DNA of 64,000 nucleotides from Oscillospiraceae bacterium (lineage in GTDB: Bacteria > Bacteroidota > Bacteroidia > Bacteroidales > WCHB1-69), in assembly GCA_963603365.1 (NCBI GenBank), contig CAVCMI010000015.1:97964-161963 (forward strand). Reading direction: 5' to 3'. A model generated the notes under the pieces. That model searched no databases, was not told the DNA's origin, and saw only the letters and a program-made list of their open reading frames with translations. Each line of letters opens with the position of its first letter. Within the stretch, counting starts at the first letter, position 1. Below are positions 8,989 through 18,517 of this stretch, one piece after another. A program made the position numbers and the translations under genes.

Positions 8989-10464
8989 TCAGTGTCTTTT
9001 GGATTCTGACGGATAATACTCGTAAGCCCCGATGTCTGGCAAGCCGTTGCGGGGGCGTCCCAGCAGGTCAATGTCGATGGCTAAACCGGTCATGCCGGCA
9101 TCTATGGCAGGCGAGGAACTCTCAATGTTATAGTCCTGTCCATAAACTGAAATGAACTTCGGGTCTTGATTGAAAATGCACTGCCGGAAATGGCTGTCTG
9201 TTTCCGCTTTCTTGACAAGACAGTTGTTGAAATTGTATGACAACGTCGCAGAATTGTCTGTGTAGACTCTCACCTCATCATTCTCGTCGTCATTCTTGGA
9301 CAGATTTCCGTAGACAATGGAATTATTGCATGTCAGCGAAGTGTTGCCCACCCATGTGTAGTTGTTGTCGCTATAATAATTGGTCAGAAGGAATGCAGGA
9401 TCACTGCGTACCGACTGGGCATAATAATTGGCAATGGTGACATGGTTGAGCGTGAAGTCACCCACCTGCAGCAGCATGCTGTAGCTTCCGGTGTTGCTGA
9501 CCCTGCAGTTCGTCATTTCCAGGTCAATGCCGCGGGCAAGGACACCAATGTTTGAGCAGTTCTGAATGACCGTATTGTTCACCTTAACCTTATTATGTGC
9601 GGCTTCATACAGTATCGTCAACTGCAGACCTATGGCCGCATTCTTAATGACGGCATAATCGATGACATTGTCGCTATTACCTTCGTTGATGAAGATGCCG
9701 TCCCATTGGGCATAATCCGTTTGATAGTAAGACTCCAGACGGTCTCCGGAAAAAACTACAGGATTGTCTTGTGTGCCATTTACTTGCAGGTTTCCGCCGG
9801 CATAAATCCACAGTCTGCTGCCGTGATGTCCGTAAATCCTCGTTCCCGACTCTATGGTCAGTGTGCCGAGCGAATCCACAGCGGCCAGCCCGTAAATGAC
9901 CCAAGGCTTGTCGTTCGTCCATCTCACGTGTTCGTGTGCGCCTGCCACCAAGGCATATCCGGAAGCCCCGGCAACAACAAAGTGTGCATCCTGCCCGAAA
10001 GCGACTAACGGGACAGACTGCCGGCGCAGCTTATTGCAAAACATCACAGAGTCTGTAACCAGAAACGGATTGTTTTGGTTTGACGGGTTGATCGTCACTT
10101 TCACAAACACGAAAATGCTGTCGCGGGCCGGGATTACAACATCGTGGAACTCTGTTCCCGCCAAGCCGTCCACGTTAATGCTGTAGAATGACTGTTCGCC
10201 GCCGGCAAGATAAACATCCAGCATCACAGGATCAGAACTCGGGTTATGAACAGTAAAACTCCGTGTAATCGACGACACCGTTGTAAACACCGTGTCAAAC
10301 AACAGCGTATCAGCGGAAAACTGCAGTTTGACAGATTCGTCATACCCTTGGCGCTGGCATCCGGTAAAAAGAGCGGCTGACGGCACGGCGAGGGCGAATG
10401 TCAGCGGCAGCACACAGAGATACCCCAAAATGCGCCTCCGTCTATTTTCAAAGTCTGATTTCAT
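8989..10464 (-). CDS. right-handed parallel beta-helix lipoprotein (function unknown)
   Basis: Start trimmed to MKSDFENRRRRILGYLCVLPLTFALAVPSAALFTGC (lipobox). Repetitive N/G/V-rich beta-helix turns and a C-terminal LLGRPRNGLPDIGAYEY motif common in beta-helix proteins. Start overlaps the truA stop by 17 nt. Confidence 0.5.
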   Translation of the reverse strand: MKSDFENRRRRILGYLCVLPLTFALAVPSAALFTGCQRQGYDESVKLQFSADTLLFDTVFTTVSSITRSFTVHNPSSDPVMLDVYLAGGEQSFYSINVDGLAGTEFHDVVIPARDSIFVFVKVTINPSNQNNPFLVTDSVMFCNKLRRQSVPLVAFGQDAHFVVAGASGYALVAGAHEHVRWTNDKPWVIYGLAAVDSLGTLTIESGTRIYGHHGSRLWIYAGGNLQVNGTQDNPVVFSGDRLESYYQTDYAQWDGIFINEGNSDNVIDYAVIKNAAIGLQLTILYEAAHNKVKVNNTVIQNCSNIGVLARGIDLEMTNCRVSNTGSYSMLLQVGDFTLNHVTIANYYAQSVRSDPAFLLTNYYSDNNYTWVGNTSLTCNNSIVYGNLSKNDDENDEVRVYTDNSATLSYNFNNCLVKKAETDSHFRQCIFNQDPKFISVYGQDYNIESSSPAIDAGMTGLAIDIDLLGRPRNGLPDIGAYEYYPSESKRH

Positions 10465-11209
10465 CCCAGTTGTAACGTACATTTGACAAAAATAGTGCGC
10501 ACGCCGGCACCGAAGTCCCCGCCTTGCATCTATCTTTCTGTTTGATAATATTCCCGAACTCTGATACACTTGTTCTGCCCAGTCCGACCTCCAATAGCGT
10601 GCCGACTATAGCGCGCACCATATTGCGCAGGAACCGGTTTGCAGTAATCGTGAAAACCAATTCGTCGCCGCATTCATGCCAAGCCGCCTCCGAAACATGG
10701 CAGACAAAGTTGTTTACCTGCGTATGCACTTTCGAGAAACTGGTAAAATCATCATTTTGCAGCAGCAGAGCAGCGGCCTTGTTCATCTGTTCCACATCAA
10801 GTTGGCGGAACGAGAACATACGGCACGGATAAGTGAACGGATTTTTTCGTGTCGCCATGTAATAATTGTAGGTTCTGTCGACGGCATCGAAGCGGGCGTG
10901 TGCGGCATCCTTGACGGGGAAGAGGTCGTAAACCGCCACATCCTTAGGCAGGAAGCCGTTCAGGCGGCACACCAGACGGGCGATCTGCTCTTGTGTAAGC
11001 TGCTGTTCCCAATCGAAATGTGCATAGTAGCACGAAGCGTGGACGCCGGTGTCGGTTCGCCCGCAGCCCACCACCGGAACGTGCGGGCTGTGGAGCATCA
11101 GAGAGAGTGCGTGTTCCAGTGTCTCTTGCACAGACATGCGGTCGGGCTGCACCTGCCATCCGAAAAAAGTAGAACCATTGTATGCCAGACGGATAAAATA
11201 GCGCATCAT
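10448..11209 (-). CDS. truA: tRNA pseudouridine(38-40) synthase TruA
   Basis: MMRYFIRLAYNGSTFFGWQVQP...VVGCGRTDTGVHA (catalytic Asp motif)...RFLRNMVRAIVGTL. Confidence 0.93.
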   Translation of the reverse strand: MMRYFIRLAYNGSTFFGWQVQPDRMSVQETLEHALSLMLHSPHVPVVGCGRTDTGVHASCYYAHFDWEQQLTQEQIARLVCRLNGFLPKDVAVYDLFPVKDAAHARFDAVDRTYNYYMATRKNPFTYPCRMFSFRQLDVEQMNKAAALLLQNDDFTSFSKVHTQVNNFVCHVSEAAWHECGDELVFTITANRFLRNMVRAIVGTLLEVGLGRTSVSEFGNIIKQKDRCKAGTSVPACALFLSNVRYNWDEIRL

Positions 11210-11224
11210 TTCACTTCAAGGGCG

Positions 11225-11232
11225 CAAAGATA
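11225..11232 (-). promoter_or_regulatory. -7 promoter box (TAnnTTTG) for truA
   Basis: TATCTTTG on the minus strand, 16 nt upstream of the truA ATG (11209). Confidence 0.5.
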
Positions 11233-11243
11233 GGAAAAAAAGG

Positions 11244-11251
11244 TATCTTTG
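11244..11251 (+). promoter_or_regulatory. -7 promoter box (TAnnTTTG) for the twin-ABC ATPase gene
   Basis: TATCTTTG, 10 nt upstream of the ATG at 11261, implying a very short leader. Confidence 0.5.
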
Positions 11252-11260
11252 CCGCTCGCT

Positions 11261-12985
11261 ATGGATAATCTTCTGGAAATATCAGACCTTTCGCTGGAGT
11301 TCAAGCAGCAGGGCGAATGGAAACCGGTGCTGCAGCATCTGAACCTTTCGATAAAAAAGGGCGAGACCCTTGGCATAGTTGGAGAATCAGGGTCTGGAAA
11401 ATCCGTAACCGCATTGTCTGTCATGCAGTTGCTCAACCCTCGCATCGCCCGTTATCCACAAGGCAGCATTCTTTTCAAAGCCCAAACCAAGGATATAGAA
11501 CTGACCCGTTGTCCGGAAAAGGAGATGCAGCGCCTGCGCGGCAACCGGATAGCGATGATTTTCCAGGAACCGATGACCTCGCTCAATCCGGTAATCAAAT
11601 GCGGAAAGCAGATTACAGAACAGATTTTGCTCCACAGCGCCATTTCCGGCGAAGACGCGCGGAAAAGGGTATTAGAACTCTTTGAGGAGGTGATGCTGCC
11701 CCGCCCTGAACAGATTTTCAACTCCTATCCCCACGAACTGTCCGGCGGTCAGAAGCAGCGTGTAATGATTGCCATGGCCATAAGTTGCCATCCTGACCTG
11801 CTCATTGCCGACGAACCGACCACAGCCTTGGATGTAACCGTGCAGAAAAACATTCTCGCACTGATGCGCAAACTACAGAACCGCTATGGGATGAGTGTGC
11901 TGTTCATATCGCACGACCTTGGCGTAGTGGCCGAAATTGCCGACCAAGTGCTCGTCTTGTACAAAGGACAAACCGTGGAGAAGAACAGCATCGGGGAGAT
12001 CTTTCTCCGTCCTCAGCATCCCTACACGCAAGGGCTGCTTGCTTGTCGCCCCACCTTGACCGAACGGCCAAAAAGGCTGCCCACCGTAGATGATTATTTG
12101 TCGGGCGAAGGACAAAACGGGGCAGGGACGGTAAACCATGTTTCCGTTTCGGCAGAAGAGCGTGCCGCATACCACCGCAACCTTTATGCACAGACGCCGC
12201 TGATATCCATCCGCGACCTCAACAAGTCATATCCTGTCCGCAAACAGAAACTGTTTGAAAAAAGGCAGCATGTACATGCCTTGCAGCATATAAGCCTCGA
12301 CATCTTCGAGGGCGAGACGCTCGGGCTTGTCGGCGAGTCGGGGTGCGGGAAAACCACCTTAGGACGTTGTTTGCTCCGTCTCATCGAGCCCACTTCCGGC
12401 ACAATCTCTTATTCAGGGCAGAATCTCACCGACCTTAAGGCGGCACAGATGAGGCGTATCAGAAAAGATCTGCAAATCATCCTGCAAGACCCCTACTCTT
12501 CGCTCAACCAAAGGCTTACTATAGGCGACGCCTTAATGGAGCCTATGCGGGTACATCAGATCGGGCGCAACGATGCGGAACGCAAACAGAAAGCCGTGGC
12601 GCTGCTCCGTCGCGTCAACCTTGACGAAGCGCATTTTTATCGTTATCCTCACGAGTTTTCGGGCGGTCAGCGGCAGCGCATCTCTATTGCCCGAGCATTG
12701 GCAGTAAACCCGCGCTTCATTGTCTGCGACGAATCCGTGTCTGCCCTTGACGTGTCCGTGCAGGCACAAGTGCTCAACCTGCTCAACGAACTGAAAGAGG
12801 AATTCCGGCTGACTTATATCTTCATTTCCCACGACCTTTCCGTCGTACGGTTTATGGCTGACCGGATCGCCGTCATGCAAAACGGGCGCATCGTAGAACT
12901 CAACGAGGCCGACGCACTTTGCTGCCGCCCCGGGAATGATTACACCCGGACACTCCTTGATGCCATTCCAAAAGGCATCTGCTAA
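11261..12985 (+). CDS. ABC transporter ATP-binding protein with two tandem ABC domains (Dpp/Opp, YejF-like)
   Basis: Two Walker A motifs ([16 protein letters not shown]), two signatures ([16 protein letters not shown]) and two Walker B motifs ([24 protein letters not shown]). ATG at 11261; the ORF-track start at 11249 is a TTG inside the promoter box. Confidence 0.88.
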   Translation: MDNLLEISDLSLEFKQQGEWKPVLQHLNLSIKKGETLGIVGESGSGKSVTALSVMQLLNPRIARYPQGSILFKAQTKDIELTRCPEKEMQRLRGNRIAMIFQEPMTSLNPVIKCGKQITEQILLHSAISGEDARKRVLELFEEVMLPRPEQIFNSYPHELSGGQKQRVMIAMAISCHPDLLIADEPTTALDVTVQKNILALMRKLQNRYGMSVLFISHDLGVVAEIADQVLVLYKGQTVEKNSIGEIFLRPQHPYTQGLLACRPTLTERPKRLPTVDDYLSGEGQNGAGTVNHVSVSAEERAAYHRNLYAQTPLISIRDLNKSYPVRKQKLFEKRQHVHALQHISLDIFEGETLGLVGESGCGKTTLGRCLLRLIEPTSGTISYSGQNLTDLKAAQMRRIRKDLQIILQDPYSSLNQRLTIGDALMEPMRVHQIGRNDAERKQKAVALLRRVNLDEAHFYRYPHEFSGGQRQRISIARALAVNPRFIVCDESVSALDVSVQAQVLNLLNELKEEFRLTYIFISHDLSVVRFMADRIAVMQNGRIVELNEADALCCRPGNDYTRTLLDAIPKGIC

Positions 12986-13005
12986 TCCTTTAAGCAAAGA
13001 CTACT

Positions 13006-13956
13006 ATGACATTGACGCTAAACAAAGCCAAGACCACCCGCATACTGAAAACCCTCGTGCGCCTGCTGCTCGGGGTCTTCTTCATTGCCACGGCAGTGCT
13101 GAAGCTGATCTCCCTCGACAGCTTTGAAATCTACATCTACAGTTTCAACCTTTTCGGATACAACCTCTGCGCTGTAGTTGCAAGACTGGTAATTGCATCC
13201 GAACTCTTGGCCGGGTGCTTGCTTGCATCCCGCATCTTCTACAAGTCGGCGTGGTGGCTCACGACAGCCATGATGGTAGGGTTTACGCTCTTGCTTGTCT
13301 ATGCAGCCCTCTTCCGGGATGATGCCAACTGCCACTGTATGGGCGACCTCGTGCAGATGCGCCCATCGGTCTCCATCGTCAAGAACCTCATAACCCTACT
13401 GTTGCTGCTGATAGTACGAAACGAGAAAGAACTCGTCTTCAAAAGGAAACGTCTGGCCGGCATCGCCATCATTGCAGTTTCCCTTGCCGTGCCATTCGCG
13501 CTCTTCCCCGCCGACTCTGTCTATAAGATATTCGCCAGCAGACAAGACAACATCAATGAAAAAGCATTCGAGACATTTATGCAGGATTCTACCATCCGCA
13601 CATTGCAGATAGACCATGGCAGACACCTTGTCGGATACTTGGCTGCCGGCTGCAAATATTGCAAGACCGGAGGAGTGAAACTGAACTCCATTGTTGAAAA
13701 ACATCATCTGGATGCCAGCAAAGTAACACTCTTCATTTGGGGGAACGAGGCTGCCATACAAACCTATAAGACGGAAACCGGCGCAGACCGGTTCAGGTAC
13801 CAAACCGTCAACCCCGTCACAGCCATACAGATTGCAGGCGGCGAGTTTCCTACATTCGTGTTGCTGCAAGACGGCAAAATCATCGACATTCTGGACATCC
13901 GGGGGCTTGACGAACAGACCATCACACGTTTTTTGACCGGCGAACCATTAAACTGA
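13006..13956 (+). CDS. MauE/DoxX-family membrane protein fused to a thioredoxin-like domain
   Basis: N-terminal half has 4-5 predicted TM helices with a CHC motif (DDANCHCMG). C-terminal half is soluble with a CxxC motif (AAGCKYCKTG) and a thioredoxin-like ending (FPTFVLLQDGKII). Confidence 0.6.
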   Translation: MTLTLNKAKTTRILKTLVRLLLGVFFIATAVLKLISLDSFEIYIYSFNLFGYNLCAVVARLVIASELLAGCLLASRIFYKSAWWLTTAMMVGFTLLLVYAALFRDDANCHCMGDLVQMRPSVSIVKNLITLLLLLIVRNEKELVFKRKRLAGIAIIAVSLAVPFALFPADSVYKIFASRQDNINEKAFETFMQDSTIRTLQIDHGRHLVGYLAAGCKYCKTGGVKLNSIVEKHHLDASKVTLFIWGNEAAIQTYKTETGADRFRYQTVNPVTAIQIAGGEFPTFVLLQDGKIIDILDIRGLDEQTITRFLTGEPLN

Positions 13957-14061
13957 CCTCTTATGCCGGGGCGGGTAGCCGTATGATAGCACACTCTTAT
14001 TGTCAACCTGAGTTTGTTTATAAAAAATCATTTCTGAACGGATTGTCATAGCGCATACTTG

Positions 14062-14069
14062 TATTTTTG
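14062..14069 (+). promoter_or_regulatory. -7 promoter box for the EnvC-like gene
   Basis: TATTTTTG, 20 nt upstream of the ATG at 14089. Confidence 0.55.
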
Positions 14070-14088
14070 TAGGTTTAAAATTTCAGCG

Positions 14089-15396
14089 ATGCAGCACAGT
14101 CTTGCCATCTATATCAAACAAATCTTTCTGATCATCGTTTTTGCTCTCATTTCCGGCAATTCTGCCGTTTATGCCCAAAGCAAGAACAGCAGTCAGTTGA
14201 AAAAAGACAAGCAGAAAATAGAGAACGAGATTGCCCAGACACAGAAGCTGCTGAAGAAAACCGAAAAGAACCAAAAAGCATCCTTGCAGCAGATTGCAGT
14301 GTTAAGGAAGCAGATTGACAACCGGGAGAAACTGATTGCCGCCCTAAATCAGGAAATCTTGCAGATGGAAGAGCAGCAGGCCTTGAATCAGGAACTCATC
14401 CAAAGTCTTCAGAAGAAACTGGAATACATGAAAGCCGACTATGCGCAAGTGGTTTACATGGCCTACCGGAACAGAAGACTGATGGACAAAGTCACCTTCA
14501 TACTGGCTTCCGAAGATTTTGCCCAAATGTTCAGGCGGATACGGTTTTACACCGTATTCTCGCACAATGTCCGCCAGCAGGCAGACAAGATTTACCAGAC
14601 TCAGGAAGAACTGAAACAGAAGAACAACGAAATCATCGCCTTGAAAGAGGAGAAACTGCGGTTATTGTCTGGCAAAGAGAACGAAGTAAAGCAATTGGAG
14701 ATTGACCGGCGCAAGAAAACGCAGAATGCGGCGCAACTGAAAAAGCAGTCGCAGCAACTGAGTTCCCAACTCAAGGCAAAGCAGAAAAAGAGAAGAGAGC
14801 TGGATGCCGCCATCAAAAGAGCCATTGAAGCGGAGATAAGCAAGTCCAATGCCAAAAACACGAAGAGTTCCTCGGCAAAGAAAGGTTCCTCCGGCAGTTC
14901 CTCGGAAGGCAAAGGTTCCGGAAGCAGTTCGGCGGCACGGTCCTCCACGGCAATAGTGTTGACTCCGGACGAAAAAGCGCTGAACAATTCCTTTGTCAGC
15001 AACAAAGGGAAATTGCCCTGGCCTGTCGTCAAAGGAGCTAAAGTCAGCGATTTCGGCAACTATCCGCATCCTGACGTGCCCTCTGTTATGGTCGAGAACC
15101 GGGGCATTGACATACTGACCGAGTCCGGTACAGACGTAAGGGCAGTCTTCGAGGGTGAAGTCACGGGCATCATGGACATCATGGGCACCAAAGTCGTTAT
15201 GGTACGTCATGGGGAATACATTTCCGTGTATCAGAATCTCGCCTCCGTAAACGTCAAAAAAGGGCAGAAAGTCTCCACCCGGCAAACCATCGGGAAAGTG
15301 GCGCGCAACAGTTCGTCAGACACTTACGAACTTCATTTTGAAATCTGGAAAAACAACAATTATTTGAACCCCAATGACTGGCTTGCCCGAAGATAA
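14089..15396 (+). CDS. EnvC-like murein hydrolase activator / M23 peptidase-domain protein
   Basis: Signal peptide, a long K/E/Q-rich coiled coil, a Ser/Gly-rich linker, and a C-terminal LytM/M23 domain (GIDIL...VRAVFEGEV...VMVRHGEYISVYQNL...HFEIW). Confidence 0.8.
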   Translation: MQHSLAIYIKQIFLIIVFALISGNSAVYAQSKNSSQLKKDKQKIENEIAQTQKLLKKTEKNQKASLQQIAVLRKQIDNREKLIAALNQEILQMEEQQALNQELIQSLQKKLEYMKADYAQVVYMAYRNRRLMDKVTFILASEDFAQMFRRIRFYTVFSHNVRQQADKIYQTQEELKQKNNEIIALKEEKLRLLSGKENEVKQLEIDRRKKTQNAAQLKKQSQQLSSQLKAKQKKRRELDAAIKRAIEAEISKSNAKNTKSSSAKKGSSGSSSEGKGSGSSSAARSSTAIVLTPDEKALNNSFVSNKGKLPWPVVKGAKVSDFGNYPHPDVPSVMVENRGIDILTESGTDVRAVFEGEVTGIMDIMGTKVVMVRHGEYISVYQNLASVNVKKGQKVSTRQTIGKVARNSSSDTYELHFEIWKNNNYLNPNDWLARR

Positions 15397-15412
15397 CAAA
15401 ACAGACAGCACA

Positions 15413-16033
15413 ATGACCGTAAAGAGTGCGGTGTTCGTGCAAAGCACTGCCGACTGGAAACAATGCCCGTCAGCAGCGCTGCCCGAGTATGCGTTCATCG
15501 GACGTTCTAACGTAGGCAAATCCTCGCTCATCAACATGCTGGTACAAAACGGGAAGCTTGCCAAAACATCCTCAAAGCCCGGGAAAACGCAAACCATCAA
15601 CCATTTTCTCATCAACAAAGAGTGGTATCTCGTTGACCTTCCGGGCTACGGATATGCATCTATCTCCAAAGCAATGCGCGAGAAATGGCAGAGGATGATC
15701 AGCGACTACCTTCGTTTCCGCGAAAACCTGCAGATTGTCTTCGTCCTGATAGACTCGCGTCTGGACCCTCAGAACATCGACCTTGAATTCATAGACAACT
15801 TAGGCGAAAACGGCATTCCTTTCGCCCTTATTTTCACCAAAACAGACAAACTCTCAGCCGGGAAAGCACAAGGGAACATCCAACGTTACAAAAACCGTCT
15901 GATGCAGACGTGGGAAGAACTCCCATACATCATAGCGTCTTCGGCAGCCACAGGGAAAGGGCGGGAGACCATCCTTTCGTACATCGACCATATCAACCGA
16001 CAATACAACCAAAACAATAACGAGGTACAATGA
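15413..16033 (+). CDS. engB: ribosome biogenesis GTP-binding protein YihA/YsxC (EngB)
   Basis: PEYAFIGRSNVGKSSLINML (G1), KPGKTQ (G2), DLPGYGY (G3), FTKTDK (G4). Start at MTVKSAV avoids overlap with the upstream gene. Confidence 0.9.
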   Translation: MTVKSAVFVQSTADWKQCPSAALPEYAFIGRSNVGKSSLINMLVQNGKLAKTSSKPGKTQTINHFLINKEWYLVDLPGYGYASISKAMREKWQRMISDYLRFRENLQIVFVLIDSRLDPQNIDLEFIDNLGENGIPFALIFTKTDKLSAGKAQGNIQRYKNRLMQTWEELPYIIASSAATGKGRETILSYIDHINRQYNQNNNEVQ

Positions 16034-16467
16034 GAAAAACACTTGTCATCGTCTGCATCATGGCGGCATGCCTTTCGGGATGCCGTTCCGTGAAAGAGAA
16101 CACACCAACCGGAGACCTTTGCAACATACAATGGGAACTTGTCGCCATTGAAGGGGAAGACATCGACACGACGGCTTGTGAAAAGAGGCCCTATATTGTA
16201 TTTGAGCAAGACGGCAGCTACTACGGCAACTTCAGCTGCAACGCCTTTTTTGGGAACTATCACCGGAAAAAGCAGAAAATAGAGCTTTCATACAGCGGCG
16301 CCACCAAGATGCTTTGCGGCCAGATGAGTACAGAAGATGCCATGATGAAAGCCTTGAAGAAAGAAATCAGCTCCTTTTCGTTGACAGGGAACACCTTGAC
16401 ACTTTTCTCCGGCAAGAAAGAGACGATGCGTTTCGTGAACGGCGGAAAGCCAGACAGCGGAGAGTAA
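16030..16467 (+). CDS. META-domain lipoprotein (HslJ-like)
   Basis: Lipobox MAACLSGC. WELVAIEGEDI...GNFSCNAFFGNY...ATKMLCG...MMKALKKEISSFSLTGNTLTL is the typical META domain pattern. Start overlaps the engB stop (ATGA). Confidence 0.75.
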   Translation: MRKTLVIVCIMAACLSGCRSVKENTPTGDLCNIQWELVAIEGEDIDTTACEKRPYIVFEQDGSYYGNFSCNAFFGNYHRKKQKIELSYSGATKMLCGQMSTEDAMMKALKKEISSFSLTGNTLTLFSGKKETMRFVNGGKPDSGE

Positions 16468-16562
16468 TTTTGCAGCATAGTTTTTCTTGTAACATCCTTT
16501 CGCAAGAGCACGAAAAAACCACACCATTTTTCATTCCGGTTTTTTCCATATTAAAATATGTG

Positions 16563-16570
16563 TATCTTTG
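16563..16570 (+). promoter_or_regulatory. -7 promoter box for the hypothetical lipoprotein gene
   Basis: TATCTTTG, 26 nt upstream of the ATG at 16596. Confidence 0.55.
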
Positions 16571-16595
16571 CAACCGATTTTTAGAATGAACGAAT

Positions 16596-17057
16596 ATGAA
16601 AAAGCTGCATTTCCTTATTCCTGTCCTCTTTTGCATGGCAGGTTTCTTCTGTTTCATACAATGTGCGCACCGTGACTATCCCTTAGCTTTTGAAATAACC
16701 TGTTTATATCCGGAAGACTCCTCGGCGGCTGCCGGCATCCATGTCTATGTTGACTCGAGCAAATACCAGTATTATGACACGGCACGTGGATCCCAATATT
16801 ATTGCGACACCACCTTGGCCCGTATCAACGGTTTGACGAACCAGTCCGGGGTTTTCACATTCTCGGCAATCCAGAATCCTGTCCTGCTGCGCGTCGTGCT
16901 GCTTTCTGACACCGTCAAGGACAACGGCAGTCCGGTGAGCGTATATTGTGACACTGTAGAAGTCAGCATAACGGAAGACAACTACGTCAACGAGAAGAAA
17001 GACTACAGCAACCCTGCCAAGAAGACGGTCTATCTTTCCCGAAGAGACCTCCAGTAA
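16596..17057 (+). CDS. hypothetical secreted protein/lipoprotein
   Basis: Signal peptide MKKLHFLIPVLFCMAGFFCFIQC. 26 nt downstream of a TATCTTTG box. No family recognised. Confidence 0.45.
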   Translation: MKKLHFLIPVLFCMAGFFCFIQCAHRDYPLAFEITCLYPEDSSAAAGIHVYVDSSKYQYYDTARGSQYYCDTTLARINGLTNQSGVFTFSAIQNPVLLRVVLLSDTVKDNGSPVSVYCDTVEVSITEDNYVNEKKDYSNPAKKTVYLSRRDLQ

Positions 17058-17143
17058 ATTCCATCGCTGCGCATTGCCCCGTCAGTCAACCGTCTTAACA
17101 CATACCATACTTTTTCTGACGGAACAATGCCAAAAACAGAGTT

Positions 17144-18517
17144 TTGAAAAGAAAGCACGTAAGTTACATATTCCTTGCCGTCGCAATAGCCGTATTGGTC
17201 GCCCTTCTGCTTTTGCACAAGCGGATATCCCCGATTTCAATCATAGAAAAAATAGAACGTAAAGAGGCTCCGAAGCAAGAGCACGGTGACACCATCAAGG
17301 CGCTCATCTACTATCATGCCGCCGATTATTTTGTCTATCAAGGATCTGTCATAGGATTCCAGTACGACCTGATACGGCAGCTTGGCAAGGACCTGCACCG
17401 TCCCGTAACCATTTCCATCGAGGTTGACCCTGACCAGGCCTTGCTCAAATCATTTTCAGACGACTATGACATTGTAGGTTTTGACTTCAACAAAGAACTA
17501 TATGTGCCGCTCTATCTTGCCGAATCTGAGCCTCATTCGTACACCTACCCTGTGCTGATCACACGCAAGAAAATGGAAACAGACAGCAACAGCACCCATA
17601 TTGTACACGCCCCGGCCAAATATGCCCGCAAAATAGATTTCTCCATCTTAGGTTCTTCCGGGAAATGGGTGCTGAAGCACGACAAAGACCTCACCGTTGA
17701 AGATCTTTTTGCCATGCTGGAAGACACATTGGTGGACTATGTCGTATGCAACTACAATGTAGCCATCACGATGTTGCCTTTCTACACCGGTTTGCACATC
17801 GGGCCCCGCATCGGTGAGAATTTCCCCAGGACTTGGGGGCTCAATCCGTTCCATCCGGAATTGAACGAAGAAATAAACCAATGGCTGGTCACATTCAAGC
17901 AGACCAAACAGTACCGGAAACTCTGTGAAAAATACCTTTCTGCCCACTCCTACGTCATCAAACGTTCATTCGGCAGCCGCAGAGAGAACATCTCCGCATA
18001 TGACAGATGTATGAAAGCCGCCTGCGCCCGTTATCATATCGACTGGCGTTTCATGTCCTCCATCGTTTATCAGGAATCGCATTTTTGCTCTGACGTCTTA
18101 GGCATGGGCGGCAGTTTTGGCATAATGCAGATGATGCCAGCCACATGCGAGCGTTATGGCATCACGGACAGTTCGTCTGCAGAAGAGCAGTTGTGGGCTG
18201 GCGCGCGCTATATTTCCTTTCTGTACAATATTTTCGCCGACAAAGCCGACACCGCTGACATCTACCACTTTGTGGCGGCCTCCTACAATGCCGGGCCCGG
18301 ACACATTCTGGACGCGCAGGCTCTTTGCCGCAAATACGGGGGCAATGCCATGCAATGGAAAGAGGTGGCAGAATACCTCGCCCTCAAGTCACACAAAGAA
18401 TACTACAGCGACCCCGTGGTCAAATGCGGGTATTATCCCGGCAAGCATACCATAAACTATACCAGCGAGGTCATGAACCGATACAATGGATATTTAATAA
18501 CAAAAAAAGAACAATGA
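17144..18517 (+). CDS. MltF-like membrane-bound lytic murein transglycosylase (SBP-like domain + SLT domain)
   Basis: N-terminal TM anchor. C-terminal SLT motifs SIVYQESHF, GSFGIMQMMPAT and AASYNAGPGH. The only in-frame start before the TM helix is TTG at 17144 (stop at 17117-17119 upstream), so a TTG start is likely. Confidence 0.8.
   Translation: MKRKHVSYIFLAVAIAVLVALLLLHKRISPISIIEKIERKEAPKQEHGDTIKALIYYHAADYFVYQGSVIGFQYDLIRQLGKDLHRPVTISIEVDPDQALLKSFSDDYDIVGFDFNKELYVPLYLAESEPHSYTYPVLITRKKMETDSNSTHIVHAPAKYARKIDFSILGSSGKWVLKHDKDLTVEDLFAMLEDTLVDYVVCNYNVAITMLPFYTGLHIGPRIGENFPRTWGLNPFHPELNEEINQWLVTFKQTKQYRKLCEKYLSAHSYVIKRSFGSRRENISAYDRCMKAACARYHIDWRFMSSIVYQESHFCSDVLGMGGSFGIMQMMPATCERYGITDSSSAEEQLWAGARYISFLYNIFADKADTADIYHFVAASYNAGPGHILDAQALCRKYGGNAMQWKEVAEYLALKSHKEYYSDPVVKCGYYPGKHTINYTSEVMNRYNGYLITKKEQ

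Noticed and set aside
14850-14950. A repetitive Ser/Gly/Lys-rich stretch (KSSSAKKGSSGSSSEGKGSGSSSAARSS) that looks like a tandem DNA repeat.
   Set aside because: It is an in-frame low-complexity linker between the coiled coil and the M23 domain of the EnvC-like protein. It is not a repeat array or a CRISPR.
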